The position numbers and the translations under genes are program-made. 64,000 bases of DNA, taken from Acidobacteriota bacterium (GTDB taxonomy: Bacteria; Acidobacteriota; UBA890; WLXD01). Below, piece by piece: positions 1 through 10,177 of this stretch (position 1 is its first letter; every line of letters starts with the position of its first letter). The DNA is taken from assembly GCA_965205505.1 (NCBI GenBank), contig CBDBHB010000009.1:32001-96000 (forward strand), written 5' to 3'. The notes below the pieces were generated by a model that was not told the DNA's origin, ran no database searches, and saw only the letters and a list, made by a program, of their open reading frames with translations.

Positions 1-136
1 ACGCGCCCGTGGAAATCGACTCCCGATTTCCACCGTCGCTTGGACAACGCTCCGCGTTGCCAACAGCTCCCACAGCCGCTAATACGACTACGACAATGGA
101 TCTTAACTAAGTGTCCGGGAAAGCGGGGCAAGGTCA
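1..136 (+). mobile_element. Right end of an IS3-family element with internal hairpins
   Basis: Ends in GTGTCCGGGAAAGCGGGGCAAGGTCA (IS3-type ...GGTCA terminus). It is preceded by the hairpins GTGGAAATCG/CGATTTCCAC and CAACGC/GCGTTG, and abuts the SIR2 coding sequence. Confidence 0.6.
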
Positions 137-830
137 GACTGGCTTCGTAGACTGGAAGGGTTTGCTACGCGACGTGGCGGACGAACTTGGGCTAGACGTG
201 GACACGGAATCTGATCTCGTAGCTGTGGCCCAATACCACGTCAACAAAGCTGGCGGCCGAGCCCGGCGTGACCAGTTGATCATGGACGAGTTCACCGAAG
301 GCGCCGAACCAGGCGCGGCGCACAAGTACCTCGTTCGGCTGCCGCTCTGGACAGTTTGGACAACGAACTACGATCGGCTACTCGAGGAGGCGTATCGGAA
401 GCTGCGGAAACGCGCCGATGTGAAAACAACACGCGCGAGCATCGCGCAAACTATGCCGCGCCGCGAAGTCGTCCTGTACAAGATGCACGGGGACGTCCAA
501 GAGCCTGCGGAAGCAGTTCTCACGAAAGAGGACTACGAGACCTATCTGCCGAAGCGCCAGGCCTTTGTGACTACCCTTGAAGCCGACTTACTCACAAAGA
601 CATTCCTGTTTTTGGGGTTCAGTTTCTCGGACCCCAACCTCGACTACGTGCTCGCCCGGATACGTGGCTTGCTTGGTGAACACCAGGGCGAACACTTCTG
701 CATTCTCAAGCAGCCTGGAGACAACAAACCGGAAGGCGGAACTGCACTGGCGCTACGTCATTGGGCAAGATCGAGATCGAGAGGCTCCTCGCCGAACGCG
801 CCATCCAACTCGGAGATAGATTTACCCTGA
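137..830 (+). pseudogene. SIR2_2-family (Thoeris ThsA-like) NADase, truncated at both ends
   Basis: Motifs VDWKGLL, WTTNYDRLLE, YKMHGD and FLFLGFSFSDPNLDY are present. The N-terminal GAG motif is missing because the ORF start lies inside the IS end. Similarity is lost after about HFCILKQP. Confidence 0.75.
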
Positions 831-1012
831 AGCGGTTCATGGACGAGTTTGCCACTGTCGGTGTGATCCCGGTATCGATGGTGCGCTGGGAGTTGACTGG
901 GTACGACAACGAGGTGCCGCGTTAGAGCCGGCTGCGTGCCCTACACGCGCCCCGCACGCCGCGAGAAACTTGTGCGCACGGTTGGAGGTACGGTTCAGGG
1001 TACAGTCAAACC

Positions 1013-1440
1013 ATGCCCCGCATAGGCACCTGGAATACCGAATGGGCGAAACTGGGTACTGCGCGCGGCAACCGTGTCAGTGGCGCCTTGGCTGAGCCCG
1101 ATTGCGATGTCCTATGCGCAACGGAGGGGTACGCGGAAATCCTTCCAAGCGGAGGCCATGTCATCGACGCCGGGCCCGACTGGGGCTACCGCCTCACGGA
1201 AGGACGCCGGAAAGTGCTCCTCTGGAGCAAGCGTCCGTGGTCCGTAGTCGATCCCGCCGGCTCCGAAGAGCTCCCCAGCGGGAGGCTCGTGGCAGGGATC
1301 ACACAGACCGACCTTGGCCCGCTGGTGGTGGTTGGCGTGTGCATTCCCTGGCGCGACGCCCGTCGATTGATCACATCGCTCATACGTGTGATTTAGCGCC
1401 GTTCGGCCACATCGGGCTCTGGCCCAAGCGAAGCGCCCGG
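1013..1440 (+). pseudogene. Endonuclease/exonuclease/phosphatase (EEP) family, internally deleted
   Basis: RIGTWN and DVLCATE N-terminal motifs. After WRDA the sequence jumps out of frame to the C-terminal SIDHIAHT motif. Confidence 0.65.
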
Positions 1441-1839
1441 CCACCTTCCGTCCTCCGCCAAGGCGGATCCCGCAAGCCCGCGAAGCTGGAACAGCAGATC
1501 AGGCGATCCCATCCCCGAGTACCAAAGCTATCTGCTCAAGCGTCGAAGGCAACGTTTGGCGATAACCGATTCACCTACCGGCGAGAGTGCTCCAGCTCAG
1601 TGCTCGTTGGCAGCGGGATGTCCTCGCTCGATCTACATGAACTTTCTAGGAGCATGCTAGCGTCGGCGCCGAAGAATCATCGCCGAGTCAACCCCAGCTC
1701 ACTGCGCCGCAAGCCACAGCGGGCAATGCAGTGAATTGGGTCCGGCAACACGGGCTTCCTGACTTGCTCTCTCGGACTCGTCGAGGGCACCGCAAGCCAT
1801 ACGAAAGCAAGGCCAAACTGGTACGGAGGATTCGATGCC

Positions 1840-3765
1840 ATGCAGGAGAATCAGCTAACGTCCGCCGAGGCCACTGTTTACCGGGAGTTCGGGCGCGGCA
1901 AGCCAATTCTGTTCGTGCCGGACGAGTCGTGCGGGTCGCGACCGGGCGCACGGCCCAGCCAAGGAGTGGACTGGGGGCCGGAACGTCAACTGCGGGCTGA
2001 TTTCCTGATTTGGTTGTTGGATATCTCTAGATCCGAACAGCCAATGTCGCCGCAGAGTATCGTGGTCATCGGCGCGCGTATCACCGGCTACCTCGATCTC
2101 TCCGGGAAAGTTCTCCCCATCTCACTAATCCTGCAGGATTGTAGCTTCGAAACCGCCGTCAATCTGAACAGCGCGCGTACCAAGCAGGTAAGCCTCGCTG
2201 GCTCTTGGCTCCCAGGCCTGCTCGCAGACTACGCCCAGGTTGAGGGAATGCTGGATCTCAGCTATGGAACGGAGGGGTTCAACGCGACAGGCAAGGTCAG
2301 CCTGAATGGAGCTATCGTGGATGGTCAGGTGATCTGCCAAGGGCGGGTCGGCCGAGATGCCGACGTGAGCGAGCGCGACTTGGTTCGCGGTGCGAACACG
2401 GTACCCAGTGGGAAAGTTGCCGAGCCCAGCCGAGTCGCGTTTGCCGCGGATGGCCTAAGAGCGCGAGGAGGCGTTCACGTGGGTGGCGAGAAGGGCGTGG
2501 TCTTCGATGGGCAACTACGCTTCATTGGTTGCCGGAGCGATCAATTCCACATCTCCAACGCAAGATTCGTTCACGAGAATGGTACAGCCATATTGGCGCG
2601 GCAGGCCTGGATCGAGGGCTCCTTGGTTCTCGACCGCGTCACAACGAAGGGGCCTGTGTTGCTGGACTCGTGCAATGTAGGGACAGACCTTATCGTCAAG
2701 GGCTGCCGATTCCGCAGGAACGCAAGCTGTGAGAACCACCTGGTCAGCATTTCATTAGGTCTGTTCGGGACCTCGGTAAGTGGGGAGATCAGCGTTAGCG
2801 GCTCAGTCTTCGACGGACAGATCTCGCTTGTCGGCAGCCGGGTTGGCAGAACAGTTCGCCTCGACAATGTCGAAGCATCCTTAGCAAATTCCGAGAGCCC
2901 AGTGTTGCACGCCGACGGCTTGAGGGCTCAGGGGCTTCTTGTGAAAAGGGGTAGTTACATCGGAGGCGCGCAGATCTTGAATGCAAAGCTCGACGACCAA
3001 CTCGTGTTCCGGGACGCCACGCTGGTAGGGGACGGGCGCGACGCCTTATGCATTCAGGGCACTGCCGTTGGGCAATCAATCATCCTGGGCCCCCTGGAGT
3101 GCAAGATATCAGGAGCGGTCGATTTGAGTTGGGCGACTACCCGTGTGTTCGTAGACGACGAAACGGCGTGGCCTGACGAGGGTGAACTCCGCGTCGTGGG
3201 GTTTAGGTACGAGTCGCTCTTACCGCCGAAACTCTTCGATGCTTCCAAGCGTTTGCAGTGGCTAGGCCGCCAGCGAGCCAACCGGCCAGATCTCGGCCCG
3301 TACCGCACTCTGGCCGCGATCTTTCGGGAAGCCAACCGGGCTCCGGAGGCTAGACGGATAATGATCGAGGCAAACCGAAGAGGGCGCACTGGTGGCGCGT
3401 TGAACTGGTGGCGCCGCTTTGCCGATTACTTCGAAGAAGTCACGATCGGGTACGGATACACGCCGTGGCGGGTGCTGTACTGGGTGGCAGGCCTCGCCTT
3501 CCTCGGTACTCTAATACTCTCCTGGGCGGCGTCCTACGGTAGTGTCGTACCCCAAACTGACGTGCCCCCCAGCTACTGGAGTTGGATCCACGCAATCGAC
3601 GAGGTCGTGCCGCTAGTTGACCTCCATATGGCGCGCTATTGGATTCCGATCGAGAACAGCACCGCTGGATTCATAGCTGTCTGGGCAATTCGCGTAATGA
3701 GGCTGAGCGGGTGGCTACTCACAGCCATTTTCGTGGCTGGTGTCACTGGGCTGCTTCGTCGGTGA
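1840..3765 (+). CDS. Beta-solenoid repeat protein with C-terminal membrane segments (resembles the 'membrane-associated oxidoreductase' family)
   Basis: 641 aa with repeated G-x-V/I-x-L-x-G/A units. C-terminus has PYRTLAAIFR, IGYGYTPWR, hydrophobic helices and HAIDEVVPLVDL. Confidence 0.6.
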   Translation: MQENQLTSAEATVYREFGRGKPILFVPDESCGSRPGARPSQGVDWGPERQLRADFLIWLLDISRSEQPMSPQSIVVIGARITGYLDLSGKVLPISLILQDCSFETAVNLNSARTKQVSLAGSWLPGLLADYAQVEGMLDLSYGTEGFNATGKVSLNGAIVDGQVICQGRVGRDADVSERDLVRGANTVPSGKVAEPSRVAFAADGLRARGGVHVGGEKGVVFDGQLRFIGCRSDQFHISNARFVHENGTAILARQAWIEGSLVLDRVTTKGPVLLDSCNVGTDLIVKGCRFRRNASCENHLVSISLGLFGTSVSGEISVSGSVFDGQISLVGSRVGRTVRLDNVEASLANSESPVLHADGLRAQGLLVKRGSYIGGAQILNAKLDDQLVFRDATLVGDGRDALCIQGTAVGQSIILGPLECKISGAVDLSWATTRVFVDDETAWPDEGELRVVGFRYESLLPPKLFDASKRLQWLGRQRANRPDLGPYRTLAAIFREANRAPEARRIMIEANRRGRTGGALNWWRRFADYFEEVTIGYGYTPWRVLYWVAGLAFLGTLILSWAASYGSVVPQTDVPPSYWSWIHAIDEVVPLVDLHMARYWIPIENSTAGFIAVWAIRVMRLSGWLLTAIFVAGVTGLLRR

Positions 3766-4014
3766 GCTTCTAGAGCTGTTTCGTAAGCGAATCACCATCC
3801 ACGACCGTGAGTTCGCCGCGGTGCAGATAGCTGATGCTGTCGAGGAACAGATACATGACACGGTCTCACCCCGAGGCAGGGGAAGGTCGCTCAGCAATAG
3901 GTGAAGAACAGGACCGCCGCGCCGCGGCGGGCCGCCTGCAGTCCCGCCCTCCGCCTCGCAAATTGGCTAGATCGGCACGCTGCCTCCGGGAGGTCAAGGT
4001 CAGTCGGTCGGGTA

Positions 4015-7000
4015 TCACATCGAGCCGAATCTTGTGGCGACGTACTTGTCGGCATCCTCCTGGGCGAGTCGCACCGTACCGGGGCCGCTGCGGACGTAGA
4101 GATCTCCTTCAACGGCCTTCTCGAGACCCTTCCATCGCAGATACACCGGCTCGAGGCTCCGCTGGCAGCTCACGAGGCAGACGGTCTTGCCCTCGACGAT
4201 CTGCGCCTTGGGATCGATGCAGGTTCCGGCGCGGTCACCGAGGCCATTGCGCACGACCTGGGCCAAGTGCCGCATGAACTTATCGTCGCTGTCGAGGCGG
4301 TCGTGCTCGATGCCGACAACCTTGCGGTCGTCGTCCACGCCGATCAGCAGGTCGCCGCCCTCGGTGTTGAGGAACGCGGCGATACTCTTGAGCGCCGCGT
4401 GGGTGACGCGCTTGTCGTCCTTGCGGTCTTTTCTCAGGTTCCAGCGCAGGCTCGACTTGAACTCGAGCGTCTTGGACTCCCGGAGCTTGAGCAGTTCCTC
4501 TGCTCGTCGGTGCCGCTGGATGTAGTCGTCAAACAGGAAGTTCTTGAGCGCCCGGCCGAAGTCCGCATCGTCGGTGATGCGCTTGTACAGCTCGAAGTTG
4601 GTCTCGACGAACTCCTGGAACTTGTCCTCAACCTTGGGGTCGAAGGTCAGCCGCACGTTCTCGCGCGTGTTCACCCGGGCGCTGGCCTCCAGCCCGTCGT
4701 CCTCTTCCAGGGCCAACCGGATGCGCTCGAGTGCGACGCGGTGCTCAGGGCCGAGCTCTGTGCCGAAGCGCTCGTTGAGCGCCTCGATGATGCGCGAGAG
4801 CGCCTCCAGTTCCTGCGCGCCGGCCCCACTGTGCGGCTTGCTGCCGGCCGGGTCGAGCGGCCAGACCTGCCGCTCCAGCGCGATTGAGCCCTGGCTCGTC
4901 TGCTGGATGCGGAAGGACTCCATGTCGATGTTCTGCTGCACCTCGAGAGGTAACTCCTCACGGCTGGCCGGCAGCAGGCGCCTGAGGTGTCGGGCAAAGA
5001 CGTAGAGCTTCTCCAGGTCGAGGTCGGCGAATCTCAGCACCTGGGACAGGAACGCGTACAGGCGCGCGTAGTCGCTGAGGTCGCCACGGAAGTCGCCTCC
5101 CTCCTCGGGCCCAAGCTCCCCGAAGCGCTGACGCGCCGGCTCCAGCGCCGCGTACAGTCTGTCCTGGGTGCCCTTGGGGTCGAAGTACACCCGCCCGAAG
5201 GCCTCCACGTCGTCGGCCGCGAACACGCCGTAGTTGAGCAGCCTGTCCTGGACTTCGTACAGGAGGTTGGGGTCGGTCTCCTCGGAAAGCAGGGTGGTCT
5301 CGTAGTACGGCTCGAAGGCTTTCCGGATCTCCTCGGCCTCGTTGGCGAAGTCGAGCACCATCGTGCCCTTCTTGCCGGGGTGGGTGCGGTTCAGGCGGGA
5401 CAGCGTCTGGACCGCGTTCACCCCACCGAGCTTCTTGTCCACGTACATCGTGTGCAGCAATGGCTGATCGAATCCGGTCTGGAACTTGCTGGCGACCACC
5501 AGGAAGCGGTACTGAGGCTTGCCGAACTCGTCTGCCGTCTGCCGCTCGCCGATCACTCGCTCCTGCCCGGCGGAGTTCATGCCGGACTCCGTGTAGGAGG
5601 CGCCCTTGTCCTTCACCGTTCCGGAAAAAGCGACGAGCGCCCTGTACGGATGGCCCTTATCGTCCAGATACTGATCCAGAGCGAGCTTGGCCCGCACCGC
5701 GTGCAGGCGTGATCGCGTCACGATCATCGCCTTGGCCCGCCCGCGGATCTCACGTGCGACCTGCGCGGCGAAATGCTCCACGCAGATGGCGATCTTGTCG
5801 CGGATGGCATGCGGGTGCAGCTCGACGAAGGACTTGAGCAGGTACTCCGCCTGACTCTTGTCGTACCGCGGGTCCTGCTCGATCTTTTTCAGCAGGCGCC
5901 AGTAGGCCTTGTAGGTGGTGTAGTTGGCGAGCACGTCGAGGATGAACCTCTCCTGGATCGCCTGGCGCATGCTGTAAAGATGGAAGGGCTCGAACTTCCC
6001 GTCCGGCCGCTTGTGGCCGAACAGCTCCAGCGTCTTGGGCTTCGGGGTCGCCGTGAAGGCGAACGTCGAGAGGTTCGGCTGCCGCCCGCGGCTTTGGATC
6101 TCGTCGAGGACCCGGTTGTCGATCTCCTCTTCGGGGGTCTCCGCGCCCACTTCCTCCTGTTCGGCCTGCTCCAGAGTCCCTGCTCTGAGCACCGCCTTGA
6201 GGCTCTTGGTGCTCTCGCCAGACTGCGAAGAATGGGCCTCGTCCACGATGACTCCGAAGCGCTGACCGGGGAGCTGGCCGATCTGCTCGGCGATCACCGG
6301 GAACTTCTGCAGCGTGGTGACGATGATCGTCCGGCCAGCCTCGAGAGCCTCACGCAGCTGGCGGGAGGTCTGGTCGATGTTTTCCACCACGCCGAGGGTC
6401 TGCTCGAACTGCCGGATGGTGCGCTGCAACTGGCGATCGAGCACCCGCCGATCGGTCACCACGATGACCGAGTCGAACACACGCCGGTCCTCTCGGTCAT
6501 GCAGCACCGAGAGCTGGTGGGCGAGCCAGGCGATCGTGAAGCTCTTGCCGCTGCCCGCAGAGTGCTGGATCAGATAGCGCTCGCCGGTGCCGTGCTCTCG
6601 CGCATGGCGCACAAGGCGGCGCACGCAGTCCAGCTGCTGGTAGCGCGGGAAGATCAGGAAGCGCTTGCCGGTCTTGCGTCCGGCATCGTCCTCCTCCTGC
6701 ACCTCGTGAATGAACTGACGGAGCAGGTCCAGGACACTGTCCCGGGCCCAGATCTGCTCCCACAGGTAGTCGGTCGGAAAGCCCGGACGGGTGGGCGGGA
6801 CCGGTGAATTCCCTGCGCCGCCGAAGCGCCCTTGGTTGAAGGGTAGGAACCGGGTCCCGGGCCCGGACAGCTGCGTCGTCACGAACACCAGCTCCGGGTC
6901 CACGGCGAAGTGGGCAAGGCAGCGCCCGTAGGAGAGGAGCGGCTCCCGGGGGTCACGGTTGTGCCGGTACTGCTGGATGGCGTCCTGCACGTCCTGGCCG

Positions 7001-7551
7001 TTGAGCGGGTTCTTGAGCTCGGCCGTGAAGATGGGGATGCCGTTCAAAAACAGCGCGAGATCGAGGCTCTCCTCGCTCTGCTCGCTGAAGCGAAGCTGGC
7101 GCACCACGGCAAAGAGGTTGGCCGCGTGAAGGCGCTGCAGCTGTTCGTTGAGCCCGCTCGCAGGCCGGAAGTAAGCGAGCCGGAACCTGCAGCCCGAGTC
7201 TTTGACGCCATTGCGGAGTACGTCGAGTGCCCCCCGCCGGCCGATCTCGCGCGACAGCCGGCTCAGGAAGCGCACCTTCACGTGAGCGCCGTGGTGCTGC
7301 TTGAGCTTGTCCCACTCCTTGGGCTGGGTGGCCAGGAGGAAGTCGACGACATCGGACGGAATCAGGCAGAGGCCGCGGTCGTAGTCCTCCGGCCGACGCT
7401 TGCGGTAGCCGCCCGGCACCGGCTCATCGTCGTACTCGGGCGCTGACTCTCCCACGGCCGTCGTATCGTCCGGGCGCGCGCCGATCCCGTTCCGCAGCAG
7501 CGCGTACTCGATCGCCTCCTCGAAGGCCTGCTCGGAGACCTCGGGGCTCAT
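4015..7551 (-). CDS. hsdR: Type I restriction enzyme R subunit with C-terminal Schlafen/AlbA_2 domain
   Basis: Nuclease motif DLALFLNGIP..ELKN, Walker A HSAGSGKS, DEAH box, FTATP and KFQTGFDQP. C-terminal ESKTLEFKSS...IAAFLNTEGGDLLIGVDDD...YVRSG matches AlbA_2. Confidence 0.92.
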   Translation of the reverse strand: MSPEVSEQAFEEAIEYALLRNGIGARPDDTTAVGESAPEYDDEPVPGGYRKRRPEDYDRGLCLIPSDVVDFLLATQPKEWDKLKQHHGAHVKVRFLSRLSREIGRRGALDVLRNGVKDSGCRFRLAYFRPASGLNEQLQRLHAANLFAVVRQLRFSEQSEESLDLALFLNGIPIFTAELKNPLNGQDVQDAIQQYRHNRDPREPLLSYGRCLAHFAVDPELVFVTTQLSGPGTRFLPFNQGRFGGAGNSPVPPTRPGFPTDYLWEQIWARDSVLDLLRQFIHEVQEEDDAGRKTGKRFLIFPRYQQLDCVRRLVRHAREHGTGERYLIQHSAGSGKSFTIAWLAHQLSVLHDREDRRVFDSVIVVTDRRVLDRQLQRTIRQFEQTLGVVENIDQTSRQLREALEAGRTIIVTTLQKFPVIAEQIGQLPGQRFGVIVDEAHSSQSGESTKSLKAVLRAGTLEQAEQEEVGAETPEEEIDNRVLDEIQSRGRQPNLSTFAFTATPKPKTLELFGHKRPDGKFEPFHLYSMRQAIQERFILDVLANYTTYKAYWRLLKKIEQDPRYDKSQAEYLLKSFVELHPHAIRDKIAICVEHFAAQVAREIRGRAKAMIVTRSRLHAVRAKLALDQYLDDKGHPYRALVAFSGTVKDKGASYTESGMNSAGQERVIGERQTADEFGKPQYRFLVVASKFQTGFDQPLLHTMYVDKKLGGVNAVQTLSRLNRTHPGKKGTMVLDFANEAEEIRKAFEPYYETTLLSEETDPNLLYEVQDRLLNYGVFAADDVEAFGRVYFDPKGTQDRLYAALEPARQRFGELGPEEGGDFRGDLSDYARLYAFLSQVLRFADLDLEKLYVFARHLRRLLPASREELPLEVQQNIDMESFRIQQTSQGSIALERQVWPLDPAGSKPHSGAGAQELEALSRIIEALNERFGTELGPEHRVALERIRLALEEDDGLEASARVNTRENVRLTFDPKVEDKFQEFVETNFELYKRITDDADFGRALKNFLFDDYIQRHRRAEELLKLRESKTLEFKSSLRWNLRKDRKDDKRVTHAALKSIAAFLNTEGGDLLIGVDDDRKVVGIEHDRLDSDDKFMRHLAQVVRNGLGDRAGTCIDPKAQIVEGKTVCLVSCQRSLEPVYLRWKGLEKAVEGDLYVRSGPGTVRLAQEDADKYVATRFGSM

Positions 7552-8894
7552 GCCGCTTGTTCCCGGACGTCGATCTTGCCGGTGACCGCTGCCGAGATCA
7601 GCGCGGTACGGAATTCTCTGAGGTGGCCGATGGCTTGGAGAATTTTGGCGATGAGGGCGTCGATGCTCGTCGTCTCGCGGTCGAGGAAATCAGCGATGGC
7701 ATGTTGCTCTTGGCGGGGCGGGGCCACCACTAGCATCCCTGCAAGGTGGGAAGGCCCGAAGTGCTGGATCGTGCTTCCGCTGCGTGCCAGGTCCACCTGC
7801 GTCGCAAGCACGTCGGAGAGCAGCATCCATCGGGCGAAGTTCTTCAATACTCTTTCGGCTCTTGGGCGGATGATGATAATGCCGGTATAGGGGATCGCAC
7901 CAGCAGTCTCCTCGTCGACCTCAGCGCAGAATCCTGTCGACGCGCTACCGCTGATTAGCAAATCTCCTGACCTGACTTGGAAGTGGCTCCACCTTTTCCA
8001 AACGGTCTCGGGTGACAAGTAATTGCTACCATCGAGAGTGGCCCAACGTCCACGAATGCCGGAGATACGGAGGAGTGGAACCCCTTCGGCCAGGAAGTCG
8101 GCCGCCATGATCCCGGGACCCTCGAGGTAGTCGATGGCTCGCTTGAACGGGACCACCTCCCAATGCGCAGGGATCTCACCCAGCCACTCGACACCGGAAT
8201 CCTTCATGGGGACGTTCGGGTCCAGACCACGGGTGACGGCACGGGTGATCAGGGCGGTGCGTTTCTCCTGAAGTAGCTCGACCAACCGCTCCTTGTCCGC
8301 CACCAACCCATCGATCTTCGCTGTCTCGCGGTCAAGGAAAGCGGCGATGGCCCGCTGCTCTGACAAGTCCAGGACAGGGAGTGGAACTTGAGCGAAGTTC
8401 TCGTATCTGAGCTCCTGCCCGTCTCTCACGTAGTTGGATGTACTTTGGAGCGCTTGGACATAGGCACTGGACTTAAACAAATGCGCAAAGAGAGGCGCAT
8501 GCACCGGCCCTCTCGGCTCTAGCATCACGTACGCCGAGCTTATGTTCCCTCGATAATGAGAGAGTTCCAGCCCGCCCTGAAAGCTACGCATGCTGATCAC
8601 GAAGTCACCTGGCTCGACGTGCTTCAGGATCTCCGGCCGGTGAACGACCTGGACGACGCGACGCCCTTCCCGAGCCATGAACTCATCCTGTGGGATCACG
8701 CCGTAGCGCTGAGATGCCGTTAACTGCTGCTGTCCGCCCCTCGCCTTGTCCCTGCGAAGTCTGAAGAGTGCTTTGCTGCGAACCACTTCCCAGTGCGACG
8801 GAATCTCCCCCAGCCAGGGCTCGCCACTAACCCGGTACTCAGAGTACGGGCGGCGCCGGCGCCGGAACCCGGCCCTGGCACTGGCCTCGGTCAC
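7548..8894 (-). CDS. hsdS: Type I R-M specificity subunit
   Basis: Two TRDs with conserved WLGEIP(S/A)HWEV and EQ..IA.FLDRET..ID repeats, ending ISAAVTGKIDV. GTG start overlaps the hsdM stop (GTGA) and the stop overlaps the hsdR ATG (ATGA). Confidence 0.9.
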   Translation of the reverse strand: MTEASARAGFRRRRRPYSEYRVSGEPWLGEIPSHWEVVRSKALFRLRRDKARGGQQQLTASQRYGVIPQDEFMAREGRRVVQVVHRPEILKHVEPGDFVISMRSFQGGLELSHYRGNISSAYVMLEPRGPVHAPLFAHLFKSSAYVQALQSTSNYVRDGQELRYENFAQVPLPVLDLSEQRAIAAFLDRETAKIDGLVADKERLVELLQEKRTALITRAVTRGLDPNVPMKDSGVEWLGEIPAHWEVVPFKRAIDYLEGPGIMAADFLAEGVPLLRISGIRGRWATLDGSNYLSPETVWKRWSHFQVRSGDLLISGSASTGFCAEVDEETAGAIPYTGIIIIRPRAERVLKNFARWMLLSDVLATQVDLARSGSTIQHFGPSHLAGMLVVAPPRQEQHAIADFLDRETTSIDALIAKILQAIGHLREFRTALISAAVTGKIDVREQAA

Positions 8895-9798
8895 CCCGCT
8901 ACCTCCCGAAGCATCGCCACGATGTCCTTCTCGATGGTGCGGATGTCGGCCTGTATCTGCTCCAGCGGCCGCGGTGGGCGGTACTCGTAGAAGTAGCGGT
9001 TGAAGTTGATTTCGTAGCCCACGATCCCGACCTCTCCGTCCCGCACATCCCGGCATTTCGTGTCGATCCAGGCGTCGGGAACGTGCGGCTTCACCTCCCG
9101 CTCGAAGGACGACTCAACATCCTCCAGGAGGGGCACGCTCTCCGTGTCGCGGAGCCCTGGATCGGGCTCGGGGCTACCCTCCCGGTCCCTGCAGACCTCC
9201 GCCTCCTCGTTGCGCTCGGACAACGCGGAGAAAATGGCCTTCTTGATAGGCGCGGAGAGCTTGAGCTTCGCCTCTCGAGCCGTCTGGGAAAGCTCGGCCT
9301 CGAAGTCCTCCCGATCCAGGAACAGCTTGCCCGGCAGATTCTTCAGCAGGGTTCGGATCTCGGCCTGCTGCTTCCGGCCCGCCTCCTCGTCCTTCGCCTT
9401 CGCTTCGCCCTTCTTGCGCGACACCGCCAGGTTGACGAAAGCGCGCTCCTCTTCGAGCCGTGCGATCCGCTCGGGTCTGGGCTGGAAGTCGAGCTTCAGC
9501 GGTCGCTCCACCGTGATCTTGCGGAAGCCGAAGTGCGTACTCGGGTAGATGCGGCTGACGACAACCTCGCACTCCTCGCCATCCTGGACGACCTTGCGGG
9601 TTGCGCCGTCCTCGAACTCTGCCAGCAGCTGCAGGATCTCCTCCTTTCGCTCGACCGGAACCTCGCGACGCTTCGCACCCAGGCTCTTGCGCAGAGGGAC
9701 CCAGAACGAGGTGGCGTCGATGAGCTGCACCCTGCCAGCCCGCTCGGGCCGTTTCCGGTTCGTGAGCACCCAGACGTAGGTTGCGATGCCCGTGTTGT
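8891..9798 (-). pseudogene. hsdM: Type I R-M methyltransferase, 3' part only (truncated by IS3-A)
   Basis: NTGIATYVWVLTN, LRKSLG.KR, FGFRKITVERPL, REVKPHVPDAWID and GYEINFNRYFY. The 5' catalytic part is not found on the far side of the IS. Confidence 0.85.
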
Positions 9799-9875
9799 TG
9801 ACCTGCCCCCCAATAATCGGGCCAGTTTGAGAGTTAGGAATTGAGGCTCTCAGGAAGGCTCGGGAAGGGGGAGAA

Positions 9876-10154
9876 ATGGCCCGGAAGCGATACACGGTAG
9901 AGCAGATCATCGCCAAGCTCAGGGAGGCAGAGATCGAGCTGGCGCAAGGAGCCAAGACGCCGGAAGCGTGCCGGAAGCTGGGCATCAGCGAGAACACGTA
10001 GTACCGGTGGCGTAAGGAGTACGGCGGCCTGAGGGTGGATCAGGCACGGCGACTCAAGGAGCTGGAGCGCGAGAACGGGCGGCTCAAGAAGCTGCTGGCG
10101 GAAACGATGCTCGACAACGCCATCCTCAAAGAGGTGTCGTCGGGAAACTTCTGA
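9876..10154 (+). pseudogene. IS3-A orfA with in-frame TAG at codon 42
   Basis: TAG at 9999-10001 where the copy at 33828 has TAC. Confidence 0.85.
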
Positions 10155-10177
10155 GCCCGGCGCGCCGGAGCCGGGCA

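Noticed and set aside
3901-7446. Long plus-strand ORFs (328, 241, 344, 178 aa)
   Set aside because: Antisense shadows of hsdR in high-GC DNA.
8895-9056. N-terminal extension of the 502-aa HsdS ORF
   Set aside because: It overlaps hsdM out of frame. The GTG at 8894 gives a normal coupled start.
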